From positions 90,730 to 154,729 of the forward strand of contig JANXBH010000001.1 of assembly GCA_025060695.1 (NCBI GenBank): a stretch of DNA of 64,000 nt. The letters are read 5' to 3'. Numbering within the stretch: the stretch's first letter is position 1; every line of letters begins with the position of its first letter. The notes beneath the pieces were generated by a model. That model made no database searches and was not told where the DNA came from. It saw only the letters and a program-made list of their open reading frames with translations. A program made the position numbers and the translations under genes. The stretch is from a candidate division WOR-3 bacterium (GTDB taxonomy: Bacteria > Hydrothermota > Hydrothermia > LBFQ01 > DSFT01). Positions 40,381 through 49,883 of this stretch are shown here, piece after piece.

Positions 40381-40472
40381 GGAGAGGTGGCCGAGCGGTC
40401 GAAGGCGGGGGCTTGCTAAGCCTTTTCTCAGGTTAAAAGCCTGAGACGAGGGTTCAAATCCCTCCCTCTCCG
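40381..40472 (+). tRNA. tRNA-Ser(GCT)
   Basis: GGAGAGG acceptor, GGGGC-TTGCTAA-GCCTT, long variable arm; no CCA. Confidence 0.95.
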
Positions 40473-40473
40473 C

Positions 40474-41712
40474 TTACAGTTTCTTTACTTTATAAATATA
40501 TGGATTTTCAGTAGCTTCTATGGTTTCATTATCTGAAAAAAGTTTTTCTTCCAGCTTTTCACCCTTTCTCAAGTCAGTAAAAATTATCTGAATATCTTTA
40601 TAAGGTTCATAACCGAGAAGCTTTAATAAGTTTTCAATTGCACTTCTAACATTTATCGGTTCTCCCATATCAAGAATAAGAATATCTCCACCATTTGAAA
40701 TAATTGGAGAATATAAGACTAACAAAACCGCTTCTTTCGGAGTTATAAAGTATCTCTTTGCATCTTTATGAGTAATTTTTACATAACCCTTTTGAACCTG
40801 TTTCAATATAGTAGGAATTAAACTTCCTCTTGAACCAATAACATTACCAAACCTTACCGCTATGTAATTATTTTCAATCACTAAATCCTCTGCTATACTT
40901 TTTGTCTTACCCATTATGCTTGTAGGCTCCACTGCCTTATCAGTGGATATAAATACAAATTTTTTAATACCATTCCTTTTTGAAAACTCTACTAATTTCT
41001 TAGTCCCAATGAAATTTACTTTATATGCCATATATTCAAAGTTTTCTAATATTGGAACATGTTTATATGCAGCACAATGAAATACTAAATCAATATGATT
41101 CTGAAAAACATCATAAAGACAATAATCATCAGTAATATCTCCAAGATAAATAATCAATCTATCATCATCTAAGTCATTTGACAATTCGTATAATCTGGTC
41201 TCATCTATATCCATAGCTATTACTTTTCTTACATTGAAATTTAGAACTTCCTTTACTAAATATGAACCAATTGAACCCGCTCCACCTGTTATTAAAATAT
41301 TTTTATTTTCATAAAATAGCTTTAAAGCTTCATAGTCTATCTGCATCTCTCTTTTTTTGAAAACGTCAAAAATATCAATTTCTACAACATGTTTTAAAAA
41401 TACTCTATCCTCCTTTACATAATAACTCGGCACAATCTTAATATCCTTAATACCTAATCTTAAAGAGAGCATTTCTATTTCTCTTATTCTTTGAATACTT
41501 GCAGAAGGCATAGCAATTATCAGACTATCTATATTCTTGAGTTTCCCAATAGAATTTATATCTCCAATTACTTTTATATTTTTATACTCTAAGTTCCACT
41601 TATTTTTATCGTCGTCCAAAAAACCAACTATTTTATAGTTTCCATTTTTCAATATATCATCTGCTACTTGTTTGCCTGCTTCTCCAAAACCATATATTAT
41701 AACTCTTTTCAT
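40474..41712 (-). CDS. Nucleotide-sugar dehydratase (CapD/PglF-like, lacking TM domain)
   Basis: GGAGSIGS, AAYKHVP, STDKAV, RFGNVIGSRGS, GEKLEE. Confidence 0.9.
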   Translation of the reverse strand: MKRVIIYGFGEAGKQVADDILKNGNYKIVGFLDDDKNKWNLEYKNIKVIGDINSIGKLKNIDSLIIAMPSASIQRIREIEMLSLRLGIKDIKIVPSYYVKEDRVFLKHVVEIDIFDVFKKREMQIDYEALKLFYENKNILITGGAGSIGSYLVKEVLNFNVRKVIAMDIDETRLYELSNDLDDDRLIIYLGDITDDYCLYDVFQNHIDLVFHCAAYKHVPILENFEYMAYKVNFIGTKKLVEFSKRNGIKKFVFISTDKAVEPTSIMGKTKSIAEDLVIENNYIAVRFGNVIGSRGSLIPTILKQVQKGYVKITHKDAKRYFITPKEAVLLVLYSPIISNGGDILILDMGEPINVRSAIENLLKLLGYEPYKDIQIIFTDLRKGEKLEEKLFSDNETIEATENPYIYKVKKL

Positions 41713-42664
41713 AACCTAAAACTCCTACAATTATAAAACATAAAAATGCTATCAACCATAGATAAATTTCATCAAGCTTATATGTAAGTATTGCTAATAC
41801 ACTAAAAAACAGCTGTAAAGTAGAAATTATGAAAACCGTCATAAATTTACCAAATCTTCTATATAGAATGTGATGTAAGTGTCTCTTATCTGAATAAAAT
41901 ATAGGATATTTAGAGAGAATTCTTCTAATGATTGTCCAAATGGTATCAAATATTGGTATTGAAAGAATAATAACAGGAACTATAGGATATATGGAATTTT
42001 TTCCTTGAGTTAGGAATAATGAAAATGAAGCGGACAGAAAACCAAGAGTAAGTGCTCCCACATCTCCCATAAACACTCTTGCAATTGGAAAATTAAAGAA
42101 AAGAAATCCAAGCAAAGCAGAAATTATCCCAATAGAAAAAATAAAAAGCTCGGTATTTCCTAAAATAGAGAAGAAATAAGAAAATGTTGAGAATATAATA
42201 ATACTAACTAAGGTTAATAATCCATCTAATCCATCAAGCATATTGAATGCATTTATAACACCAACAAAGCCAATAATAGTAATTACAAATCCAATAGCTG
42301 GATGTAAAACTACATCAAATCCAATAGTTTTTATACCATAACCTGATAGAAATATAAAACTTGCAGAAAAAAATTCAAATGTAAACTTTTGTGAAAAATG
42401 TAAATTAGCAATATCATCAAACAAACCTTCAAACACAATGATTAAAAGGGCAATTGTGAAAAGGGTCAATTTTTCTAATATATCTGTGAATAAGAAGGTT
42501 GATAGAATTATAGGAAGAATAAATCCAAGACCGCCAATTCTTGGAACTGGATAATTATGCATCTTTCTACCGTTTGGATAGTCATAAATCTTTAGTTTAT
42601 GCGAAATCTTTATGATAATTAATGTGAAAATTATTGAAAGTATTAAATTTATCAAAAATATCAT
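41657..42664 (-). CDS. WecA/TagO-like undecaprenyl-phosphate GlcNAc-1-P transferase
   Basis: PRIGG, NMLDGLDGL, FMGDVG, HLHH. Confidence 0.9.
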   Translation of the reverse strand: MIFLINLILSIIFTLIIIKISHKLKIYDYPNGRKMHNYPVPRIGGLGFILPIILSTFLFTDILEKLTLFTIALLIIVFEGLFDDIANLHFSQKFTFEFFSASFIFLSGYGIKTIGFDVVLHPAIGFVITIIGFVGVINAFNMLDGLDGLLTLVSIIIFSTFSYFFSILGNTELFIFSIGIISALLGFLFFNFPIARVFMGDVGALTLGFLSASFSLFLTQGKNSIYPIVPVIILSIPIFDTIWTIIRRILSKYPIFYSDKRHLHHILYRRFGKFMTVFIISTLQLFFSVLAILTYKLDEIYLWLIAFLCFIIVGVLGYEKSYNIWFWRSRQTSSR

Positions 42665-43428
42665 ATTTTTTTCATTCTGACAGTTTTTATTTTATATCCG
42701 TCTATCTCCAATATTTCAAAAACAAATCCATCCAACTCTATAGTATCTCCAACTTTTGGGACTTTGCCGAGTTTTTCCAAAAGAAGTCCTGAAAGTGTAG
42801 CATAAGTGCTATTAGGTTCAATTTCTATATTAACGCTAAAGTTTTCTTTTATAAATTCTGAAAATTCATCGATAGAAATGGAAGAGGATATTTTATATTC
42901 ATCGTCGGAAATTCTTACAATATCTGAAAATTCATATTCATTCTTTATATCACCTACTATTTCTTCTAATAAATCTTCCATAGTAACCATACCGATAACC
43001 ATACCATTCTCATCTACCACAAGTGCAATGGAGACTCGTTTTTCCCTTAAAAACTCTATGGCATCAATTATACTATAACTATATGGAATATAGTGAGCAG
43101 GTTTAGTTAATTTTCTTATAGTAGTTTCGTTCATCTTATCAATATTCCTTATTAAGTCCCTTATATAAAAAATACCTACAAACTCACTATCGTCATTTAC
43201 TACAGGATACTTTGTATAATTTAGATCCCTTATCTTTTCATACGCAAATGAGAGCAAGTTATTTTCATTCAAAGTTATAATAGATGACTTTGGTTTCATA
43301 GCCTTAAGTAAATTAGTTTCAGTTAACTTAATTAAATTTCTAATTAGTTTAGCAAATCGCTTATCTTTTTTGGCATATCTAAAAATTTTAAGTATGAAAC
43401 TAAGTCTTTTACCTAACGAACCTTCCAT
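42661..43428 (-). CDS. CBS-pair plus CorC/HlyC transporter-associated protein
   Basis: VVDENG..GMVTMEDLLEEIVGDI, TLSG..LGKVP..GD. Confidence 0.88.
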   Translation of the reverse strand: MEGSLGKRLSFILKIFRYAKKDKRFAKLIRNLIKLTETNLLKAMKPKSSIITLNENNLLSFAYEKIRDLNYTKYPVVNDDSEFVGIFYIRDLIRNIDKMNETTIRKLTKPAHYIPYSYSIIDAIEFLREKRVSIALVVDENGMVIGMVTMEDLLEEIVGDIKNEYEFSDIVRISDDEYKISSSISIDEFSEFIKENFSVNIEIEPNSTYATLSGLLLEKLGKVPKVGDTIELDGFVFEILEIDGYKIKTVRMKKI

Positions 43429-43429
43429 A

Positions 43430-44347
43430 CTAAGCTATCTGAAGCATTCTTCTAATTGGAATAGATGCTTTTTGAATAATCTCACTACTTAAATCTATCT
43501 CGTATTTCAGTTCTTTTAATGATAGAAAAACTTTTTCAAGTGTTATCATTTTCATGTATTTACATATAGCATTTTCATCTGCAGGTATAAACTCCTTTTG
43601 AGGACTTGCTTTTTTTAATGGATATAAAATACCTGTTTCAGTTACTACTATAAACTTATTACTTTTACTTTCCTTTGCATTTCTTATCATACCACTCGTA
43701 GAAAGGACTTTTACATTACCATTAAAATGATATAAACATTGGGTAGTGCATCCGCACTCAGGGTGAAGCATTACTTCCGCATCAGGGTTTTCTTCCATCT
43801 TTCTTAATAAATCTTCATATCTAAAACCTGCATGAACATGACATTCACCTGGCCAAATATGAATATTTTCTCTACCTGTTTGCTTTTTTATCCACATACC
43901 TAAATACATATCGGGCAAAAATAGTATTTCCTTATCTTCAGGTATAGATTGGATAACTCTTATTGCGTTAGAAGAGGTGCAACAATAATCACATTCAGTT
44001 TTAATATCCGCATTAGTATTTATATAACAAACAACTATCGCATTTGGATGCTCACTTTTCCATTTTCTTAGTTGTTCTAAATTTATTGAGTCAGCAAGTG
44101 AACAACCTGCATCTAAATCAGGTATTAAAACTTTCTTGTCTGGATTTAATATCTTAGCAGTTTCTGCCATAAACTTTACACCGCAAAATACTATAACGTT
44201 CGCATCTACTTGACTTGCCTTTCTTGAAAGTTCCAAACTATCTCCTACAAAATCCGCAATATCTTGAACTTCTGGGACTTGATAATTATGTGCTAAGATA
44301 ATTGCATTTCTTTCTTTTTTTAATTTTAATATCTCTTCTTTTAACAT
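43430..44347 (-). CDS. nadA: Quinolinate synthase
   Basis: LAHNYQ, GCSLAD, CHVH, HPEC, CKYMK; -10 box at 44355-44360. Confidence 0.95.
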   Translation of the reverse strand: MLKEEILKLKKERNAIILAHNYQVPEVQDIADFVGDSLELSRKASQVDANVIVFCGVKFMAETAKILNPDKKVLIPDLDAGCSLADSINLEQLRKWKSEHPNAIVVCYINTNADIKTECDYCCTSSNAIRVIQSIPEDKEILFLPDMYLGMWIKKQTGRENIHIWPGECHVHAGFRYEDLLRKMEENPDAEVMLHPECGCTTQCLYHFNGNVKVLSTSGMIRNAKESKSNKFIVVTETGILYPLKKASPQKEFIPADENAICKYMKMITLEKVFLSLKELKYEIDLSSEIIQKASIPIRRMLQIA

Positions 44348-44357
44348 CTATTAAATT

Positions 44358-44930
44358 TTAAAGGCTGTCATAAAGATTTTCTAATGCCTCTTTTCTAATT
44401 ACATTTCTTTCGAATTCTCCAAACTTTACCAAGACTTGATTGTTTAAAATCTTAAATACTAAGGCAATTGAAACAAATGGCTTTAGATATTCTAAAAACT
44501 TATATAAACTCGGATTAAAATTTAAAATACCTTCACTTTCGCTATGCAAAACTCCCTCAGGGAATATAAAAAAATAGTACTTTTGAGGATATGTATTTAG
44601 CAGTTCTATTGTTTTTCTCATTGAAATTATTTTTTCATGAGTAGTTTTAAATGGTAATACTTTTGCGAATTTTTCAAAATAAGGATAATTTCTATATTCC
44701 TCCATCCAAATAAGAATCTTCCTATCTTTCAAAATGGTTTTTCTCAGCCTATTTAATATATGAACATCGTAGTAGTAAAAATGGTTAGAATAGATAATAA
44801 TTTTTTGTTCCTTATATAAGCTAAACTCTGGTGCATTTAATACCTTAAATGACTTAAATCTACTTAGCTGACTCTCAAGAGTAAAATCTACTAAAAACTT
44901 TGGATAAAACTTTTTAAAATATTCTAACAT
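44358..44930 (-). CDS. Lysophospholipid acyltransferase-like protein
   Basis: NHFYYYD (HX4D) and FPEG motifs. Confidence 0.7.
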   Translation of the reverse strand: MLEYFKKFYPKFLVDFTLESQLSRFKSFKVLNAPEFSLYKEQKIIIYSNHFYYYDVHILNRLRKTILKDRKILIWMEEYRNYPYFEKFAKVLPFKTTHEKIISMRKTIELLNTYPQKYYFFIFPEGVLHSESEGILNFNPSLYKFLEYLKPFVSIALVFKILNNQVLVKFGEFERNVIRKEALENLYDSL

Positions 44931-45744
44931 TAATGTATCTACTCGGATTTTTCTTTATATCTTCAATTAATTCTTGAACTTTCTTTATGGAAGATTTTAA
45001 TTCTAAATATAGTGAATCACTTTGGGTTAATTTGCCTACAGTTCCTCTATATCTAATACTATCAACTTCAATTTTTATTTTATCTATCAACGAGTCTATA
45101 GAATTTAAAGTTAGTCTTCCAGCACTTATTAATGAATTTACATTGTGCCAAGTACTATCTAAATTCTCATTTTGATTATCAACGAGATATTTTACTTTAT
45201 ATACAAGACTATTTAAATTATTTAAAGATGTTTTCAGTTCGGAGGATATAATAATAATCTCGCTATTAGTAGACTTTACTAAATTATTGACATTTGATAA
45301 AATAGTATCAACTTTATCGTATAACTTTAAAACAATGTTCATTACTTCATCAAAGGATGGACTATCGTATCCAACTATAGTATCGTTCATGTTTAAAAAT
45401 TCACCATTTCCTGGTTCAATATCAATTAGCCTATTACCAAGTGCTGAAGGAGAAATAATCTGAGCATAAGCATTTTTTCTTAACCTATAGTCCTTTAATC
45501 CAAATTTTACTATTACAAAATTCTCTTTAATTTCAACACTGATGACACTACCTATTGGAACTCCTTTCACTAAAACTCTTGTCCCGGGTGATATTAATGT
45601 CGCTCTTGGGAGCTTTATATAATAGGTATAATTATGTTTTTGTCTCTTTTGAGTACTTATCCAATTATATCCAATAAAAAAAGCGACTAACATAACTAAG
45701 ACAAAAATTCCTACTTTTATATAATCTAATCTATTAACTTCCAT
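44914..45744 (-). CDS. MlaD/MCE family protein
   Basis: N-terminal TM, V.VKGVPIG.V, LG..IDIEPG, DIKKNPSRY. Confidence 0.88.
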   Translation of the reverse strand: MEVNRLDYIKVGIFVLVMLVAFFIGYNWISTQKRQKHNYTYYIKLPRATLISPGTRVLVKGVPIGSVISVEIKENFVIVKFGLKDYRLRKNAYAQIISPSALGNRLIDIEPGNGEFLNMNDTIVGYDSPSFDEVMNIVLKLYDKVDTILSNVNNLVKSTNSEIIIISSELKTSLNNLNSLVYKVKYLVDNQNENLDSTWHNVNSLISAGRLTLNSIDSLIDKIKIEVDSIRYRGTVGKLTQSDSLYLELKSSIKKVQELIEDIKKNPSRYINVRIF

Positions 45745-46915
45745 ATACCTCTAATATCATGCTTGCACCCATACCTCCACCTACACAAGCACTAACTATA
45801 CCATAACCACCACCTCTTTTTCTTAATTCATGTATTAATTTCGTTGTTAAAATAGCACCAGTTGCACCAAGTGGATGTCCAAGCGATATTGCTCCACCAT
45901 TTACATTTAACTTCTCCAACGGTATGGGTAGTTCTCTTAATACCGCAATAACTTGTGTAGCAAATGCTTCATTTAGTTCAATAAGCTTTATATCATCTAA
46001 TTTTAAGTTTGCTTTTCGTAATGACTTTGGAATAGCATATGCGGGTGCTATGCCCATTATTTCCGCAGGAACCCCAACAACTTGAAATGTAATAAATCTT
46101 GCAAGTGGCTTTAAACCAAGTTCTTTAGCTTTTCTCTCACTCATCATTAAAACCGCACTTGCACCATCACTCCTTTGAGAAGCATTACCTGCTGTAACAG
46201 TCCCATCTACCTTAAAATATGGTTTTAAACTCAGAAGTCCCTCTAATGTAGTATCTGGTCTTGGACATTCATCATGTTCAAAAATTTTTTCAATTAATTG
46301 ACTATTTCCATCTTCATCTTCTATTCTAACTTTCACTTTTATTGGGACAATTTCTTCTTTAAATTTTCCACTTAATACTGCCTGAGCTCCTCTTGTGTGA
46401 GATAAATATGCAAATTCGTCTACTTCCCTTCTTGTAATATTATAAATAGGAACTAAGTTTTCCGCAGTTAGTCCCATATTTAAATAGTAGTGTGGAAAAT
46501 TTTGAGCAACATATGGCTCAGGTCTAAATTTATAACCCGGCATAGGAACTAAACTCATATTTTCAACACCACCCGCTATTGCAACATCTATTTCACCAAC
46601 TATAATCCTATGAGCAGTCTGAGCTATAGTTTGTATAGATGATGCACAGTATCTATTAACTGTTACAGCAGGAATTGAGTTTGGAAGCCCTGCTCTGTAA
46701 ATTACTGTTCTTGCAAGGTTCATACCCTGATATGCCTCAGGAAACGCACATCCAATAGACACGTCTTCTATTATATATGGTTCTATTTTCGTTTCATCCA
46801 ATATAGCTTTAATTACTTCAGATAGTAGATATTCTGGTCTTGTGTCCTTTAGTGTTCCTTTAATTGCTTTTCCTATAGCTGTTCGCTTTGCACTAACAAT
46901 TACAGCGTTGTTCAC
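45734..46915 (-). CDS. Acetyl-CoA C-acyltransferase (thiolase)
   Basis: NRYCASS, NEAFA, GHPLGATG, CVGGGMG. Confidence 0.95.
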   Translation of the reverse strand: MNNAVIVSAKRTAIGKAIKGTLKDTRPEYLLSEVIKAILDETKIEPYIIEDVSIGCAFPEAYQGMNLARTVIYRAGLPNSIPAVTVNRYCASSIQTIAQTAHRIIVGEIDVAIAGGVENMSLVPMPGYKFRPEPYVAQNFPHYYLNMGLTAENLVPIYNITRREVDEFAYLSHTRGAQAVLSGKFKEEIVPIKVKVRIEDEDGNSQLIEKIFEHDECPRPDTTLEGLLSLKPYFKVDGTVTAGNASQRSDGASAVLMMSERKAKELGLKPLARFITFQVVGVPAEIMGIAPAYAIPKSLRKANLKLDDIKLIELNEAFATQVIAVLRELPIPLEKLNVNGGAISLGHPLGATGAILTTKLIHELRKRGGGYGIVSACVGGGMGASMILEVYGS

Positions 46916-46922
46916 AACTGAA

Positions 46923-46946
46923 AGTTTAAAGTAGATGCTTTAAAAT
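46923..46946. promoter_or_regulatory. Divergent -10 boxes (thiolase / tRNA-Val)
   Basis: Minus TAAACT 46923-46928 (7 nt to GTG 46915); plus TAAAAT 46941-46946 (11 nt to tRNA). Confidence 0.7.
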
Positions 46947-46957
46947 TTTGGAAAATT

Positions 46958-47031
46958 GGGCGGGTAGCTCAGCTGGTGAGAGCGCTGCCCTTACAAGGCA
47001 GAGGTCAGAGGTTCAAGTCCTCTCCCGCCCA
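46958..47031 (+). tRNA. tRNA-Val(TAC)
   Basis: GGGCGGG acceptor, CTGCC-CTTACAA-GGCAG, GGTTCAAGTCC; no CCA. Confidence 0.95.
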
Positions 47032-47033
47032 TA

Positions 47034-47699
47034 ATAAAATATATTATCATTGTCCCAACTTATAATGAATTTCCTAAGATAATCCAAACAATTGAAAATC
47101 TAAAAAACTATAATTACGATGTATTATTCATAGATGATGGATCAAGCGATGGAACATTTGAAGTTATTAAAAGTTCTGGTTTTAAATATATAAAAAATCA
47201 AAAAAATTTTGGAAAGGGTTATAGTATAAAAAGGGGTTTAGAATATGCTATCTTAAATAACTATCAAGTAGTAATCACATTAGATGCGGATGGACAACAT
47301 CCAATAGAATACATTCCGAAATTCATAGAGAAGATTCAAAACTACGATATTGTTATTGGTTCAAGAAGAAAACTTATGCATCCAAAAAATATGCCATTTG
47401 ATAGGTATATTTCCAATAGACTAAACTCTTCAATTGTTTCAATTTTTTGCAATAAAATTATACCAGATGCACTCTGTGGCTATAGGGCAATTAGAACCAA
47501 GATTTTAAAGGATATTAACTTTAATTGTAATAGATTTGAATTTGAAATAGAGTTCATAGTAAAAGCTTGTAAATATGGATTTAGTATTGGATTCTTAGAT
47601 ATACCTTTAATTTATAAGGATGAAAAAAGCCATATAAGAAAAGTCTTAGATACATTAAGAGTAATGAAATTATACTTCAGCTTTATCTTGTTTTCTTAG
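47034..47699 (+). CDS. GT2 glycosyltransferase (DPM1-like), ATA start
   Basis: Frame open 114 codons upstream of the track start: (M)KYIIIVPTYNE..IDDGSSDGT..GKG..DADGQH. Confidence 0.9.
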   Translation: MKYIIIVPTYNEFPKIIQTIENLKNYNYDVLFIDDGSSDGTFEVIKSSGFKYIKNQKNFGKGYSIKRGLEYAILNNYQVVITLDADGQHPIEYIPKFIEKIQNYDIVIGSRRKLMHPKNMPFDRYISNRLNSSIVSIFCNKIIPDALCGYRAIRTKILKDINFNCNRFEFEIEFIVKACKYGFSIGFLDIPLIYKDEKSHIRKVLDTLRVMKLYFSFILFS

Positions 47700-47724
47700 T
47701 TATAGCTTTAAACTTTAGGGCTTT

Positions 47725-48681
47725 ATGAAAACATTGGAATATCTTATTAATTTTGAAGGCAAGATATGTCTTATTGCACATAGTAATCCCGACCCTGATT
47801 GTATTGGGAGTATGTTAGCACTATATAATTACCTTAATAAGTTTAATAAAGATGTTATTATGATTTCAAAAGACGAGCCTATAGGAACTATAAAATATTT
47901 AAAAGGTTTTGACAAAATAATTAGAATAGGGAATTTACCTGAGACGGATTTATACGTACTAATTGACCAGTCTGAAGTGGAAAGAAGCGGAATAAATCCA
48001 GAGGAATTTAAAGATAAAAACATAATAAAAATTGACCATCATATTACAAATAAAAAATATAGTGAATATGACTATATAGATGAAAATGCTCCATCAACAA
48101 CTTCATTAATGTTAGAACTTATGAGAAACTACAATGAAGAATTAATAGATGAAAATATAGCTGAGTGTATATTCGTAGGCTTGTCAGCAGATACAGGAAA
48201 CTTTTCGTTCTCTAATTTAAAAGTAGCATTTGAAAATGCTCTATATTTAGCAAATAGGGGATTTAATATAAATAGATTTTCTGAGAAGTTTTTAAGAAAT
48301 CAGTCCATAAATAGAATGGAGTTAATAAGATTAGCACTATCTACATTAAGGTATGAAGATAACATTGGATATATTATAATAAGAAAAAAATTTTATGAAA
48401 TTTCAGGAGCAAAGAAATATGAAAATTATGGAATAGTAGATATTCCTTTATCTTTAAGTAATGTGAAAGTTGCTCTGAAATTTGAAGAAATGGAAAATGG
48501 CTGGAAAGTGAATTTAAGAAGTAAAGAAAATATTGATGTTCAGAAATTTGCTGAAAAGCACAATGGTGGTGGTCATAAAAATGCATCCGCTTTTAGAATT
48601 AATGAGAAAATTCCTGAAAGTGAACTTATAGAGCGTATTATTGAAGATTTGAAAAACTACTTAAAAACTATTCATGAATAA
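47725..48681 (+). CDS. nrnA: DHH phosphoesterase (NrnA, nanoRNase/PAP phosphatase)
   Basis: HSNPDPDCIGS, IDHH, DTGNF, GGGH; TAAACT at 47709-47714. Confidence 0.9.
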   Translation: MKTLEYLINFEGKICLIAHSNPDPDCIGSMLALYNYLNKFNKDVIMISKDEPIGTIKYLKGFDKIIRIGNLPETDLYVLIDQSEVERSGINPEEFKDKNIIKIDHHITNKKYSEYDYIDENAPSTTSLMLELMRNYNEELIDENIAECIFVGLSADTGNFSFSNLKVAFENALYLANRGFNINRFSEKFLRNQSINRMELIRLALSTLRYEDNIGYIIIRKKFYEISGAKKYENYGIVDIPLSLSNVKVALKFEEMENGWKVNLRSKENIDVQKFAEKHNGGGHKNASAFRINEKIPESELIERIIEDLKNYLKTIHE

Positions 48682-49795
48682 TAGCTTTGATTTCTTTTAT
48701 TTCTTCGCCATTTTTAACATTTAAAACTTCTAATAGTCTATCAAGGTCATTGTTAAGAAATTCATAAATAAAGCGAATAATATTTTTAAAGTTTCTGTCA
48801 GTTAATTGTTTTAACTCATTATAGCTAATACTTCTTAAATGAAAGAGCATAATTTTGGAAAAGAAATCAATAATATTTAAGTTATAATCCTTTTCAAAGA
48901 AAGCTTTTATGTGAATAGGTAAATTTTTAAACTTTAAAAGTTTTTTCTCAATTGATAGTGCATATCTAATAGCATTTTCTATCTCACTAAAATTTCCAAA
49001 CCAAGGATAAGTTAAGTACGCTCTATAAAAGTCCTCTTCAATTTCTACCATTTCATTCGTAATATTTCTTAAAAAGTGCTCTAATATAAGTAGTTTCTCT
49101 TTATGGTTTCTTTCAGAGATAGATGGTATATAGATTGATGGTACTGTAGAAAGATTTATAGGTGGAGAGATATTGTCCGTAATGAATACAATTCTTCCTT
49201 TCTTTTTATATATACTATTTACAGCAAAATTAAATTCAAGAATACTTTCAAATAGGTCTATATTCATTATAATTATTGACTTAGTCTTTTCTTTTTCTTT
49301 TCTAAAACCCACTTCCTTTTCCTCAATTTCAAAATAGTCTACTGCTCTATCTCCAATTATAGAGCGTATAATTGTATATTTACCAACACCCCTTTGACCA
49401 TATATCAAAATCCAAGGTTCATACTCACTATTTAGTAGTATTTCAAGTTTTCTATATATGTCATCTGTTTTTCCATAATAGCAAACAAAGTTTACATTTG
49501 CAGGCTTTAAATCGTTTATAGCATAGTATTTATTATAAAATTCTATCATTCTTTGTCTAATAGTTTTTTTTGAATAGACTTCAAGAAAGTTATTTAAATC
49601 ATCTTCGTTTTCAAAAGAATAGTCTATAGTTTGTAAGTTAGAAGAGCCTATAGTTATAGTTGTAAAATTCAGAGATATTTCATACAGTTCCTTGTAATTA
49701 TTATCAGCAATTACAACGTCTGGGAATTCATCTATGTTTACTTGATTGTAGCTTTCCTTTATTTTAATATTTTTAGATAAATTAAGAATTTTCAA
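48668..49795 (-). CDS. Degenerate sigma54-interaction (NtrC-like AAA+) protein
   Basis: LIYGQRGVGK and YPWFGNFSEIENAI; track start lies inside tRNA-Gly, so start moved to TTG 49795. Confidence 0.65.
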   Translation of the reverse strand: MKILNLSKNIKIKESYNQVNIDEFPDVVIADNNYKELYEISLNFTTITIGSSNLQTIDYSFENEDDLNNFLEVYSKKTIRQRMIEFYNKYYAINDLKPANVNFVCYYGKTDDIYRKLEILLNSEYEPWILIYGQRGVGKYTIIRSIIGDRAVDYFEIEEKEVGFRKEKEKTKSIIIMNIDLFESILEFNFAVNSIYKKKGRIVFITDNISPPINLSTVPSIYIPSISERNHKEKLLILEHFLRNITNEMVEIEEDFYRAYLTYPWFGNFSEIENAIRYALSIEKKLLKFKNLPIHIKAFFEKDYNLNIIDFFSKIMLFHLRSISYNELKQLTDRNFKNIIRFIYEFLNNDLDRLLEVLNVKNGEEIKEIKAIIHE

Positions 49796-49798
49796 AAG

Positions 49799-49870
49799 AG
49801 CGAGCGACGGGACTTGAACCCGCAACCCCCAGCTTGGAAGGCTGGCGCTCTACCGTTGAGCTACGCTCGC
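49799..49870 (-). tRNA. tRNA-Gly(TCC)
   Basis: GCGAGCG acceptor, CCAGC-CTTCCAA-GCTGG, GGTTCAAGTCC; no CCA. Confidence 0.95.
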
Positions 49871-49883
49871 TAAGTATAAAATT

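Noticed and set aside
49796-49825. Track start of the 385-aa ORF at 49825
   Set aside because: It lies inside the tRNA-Gly T-arm; TTG 49795 is the plausible start
34569-49870. tRNA genes as integration sites for islands or prophage
   Set aside because: No integrase, no duplicated tRNA 3' ends, and the flanking genes are ordinary chromosomal genes
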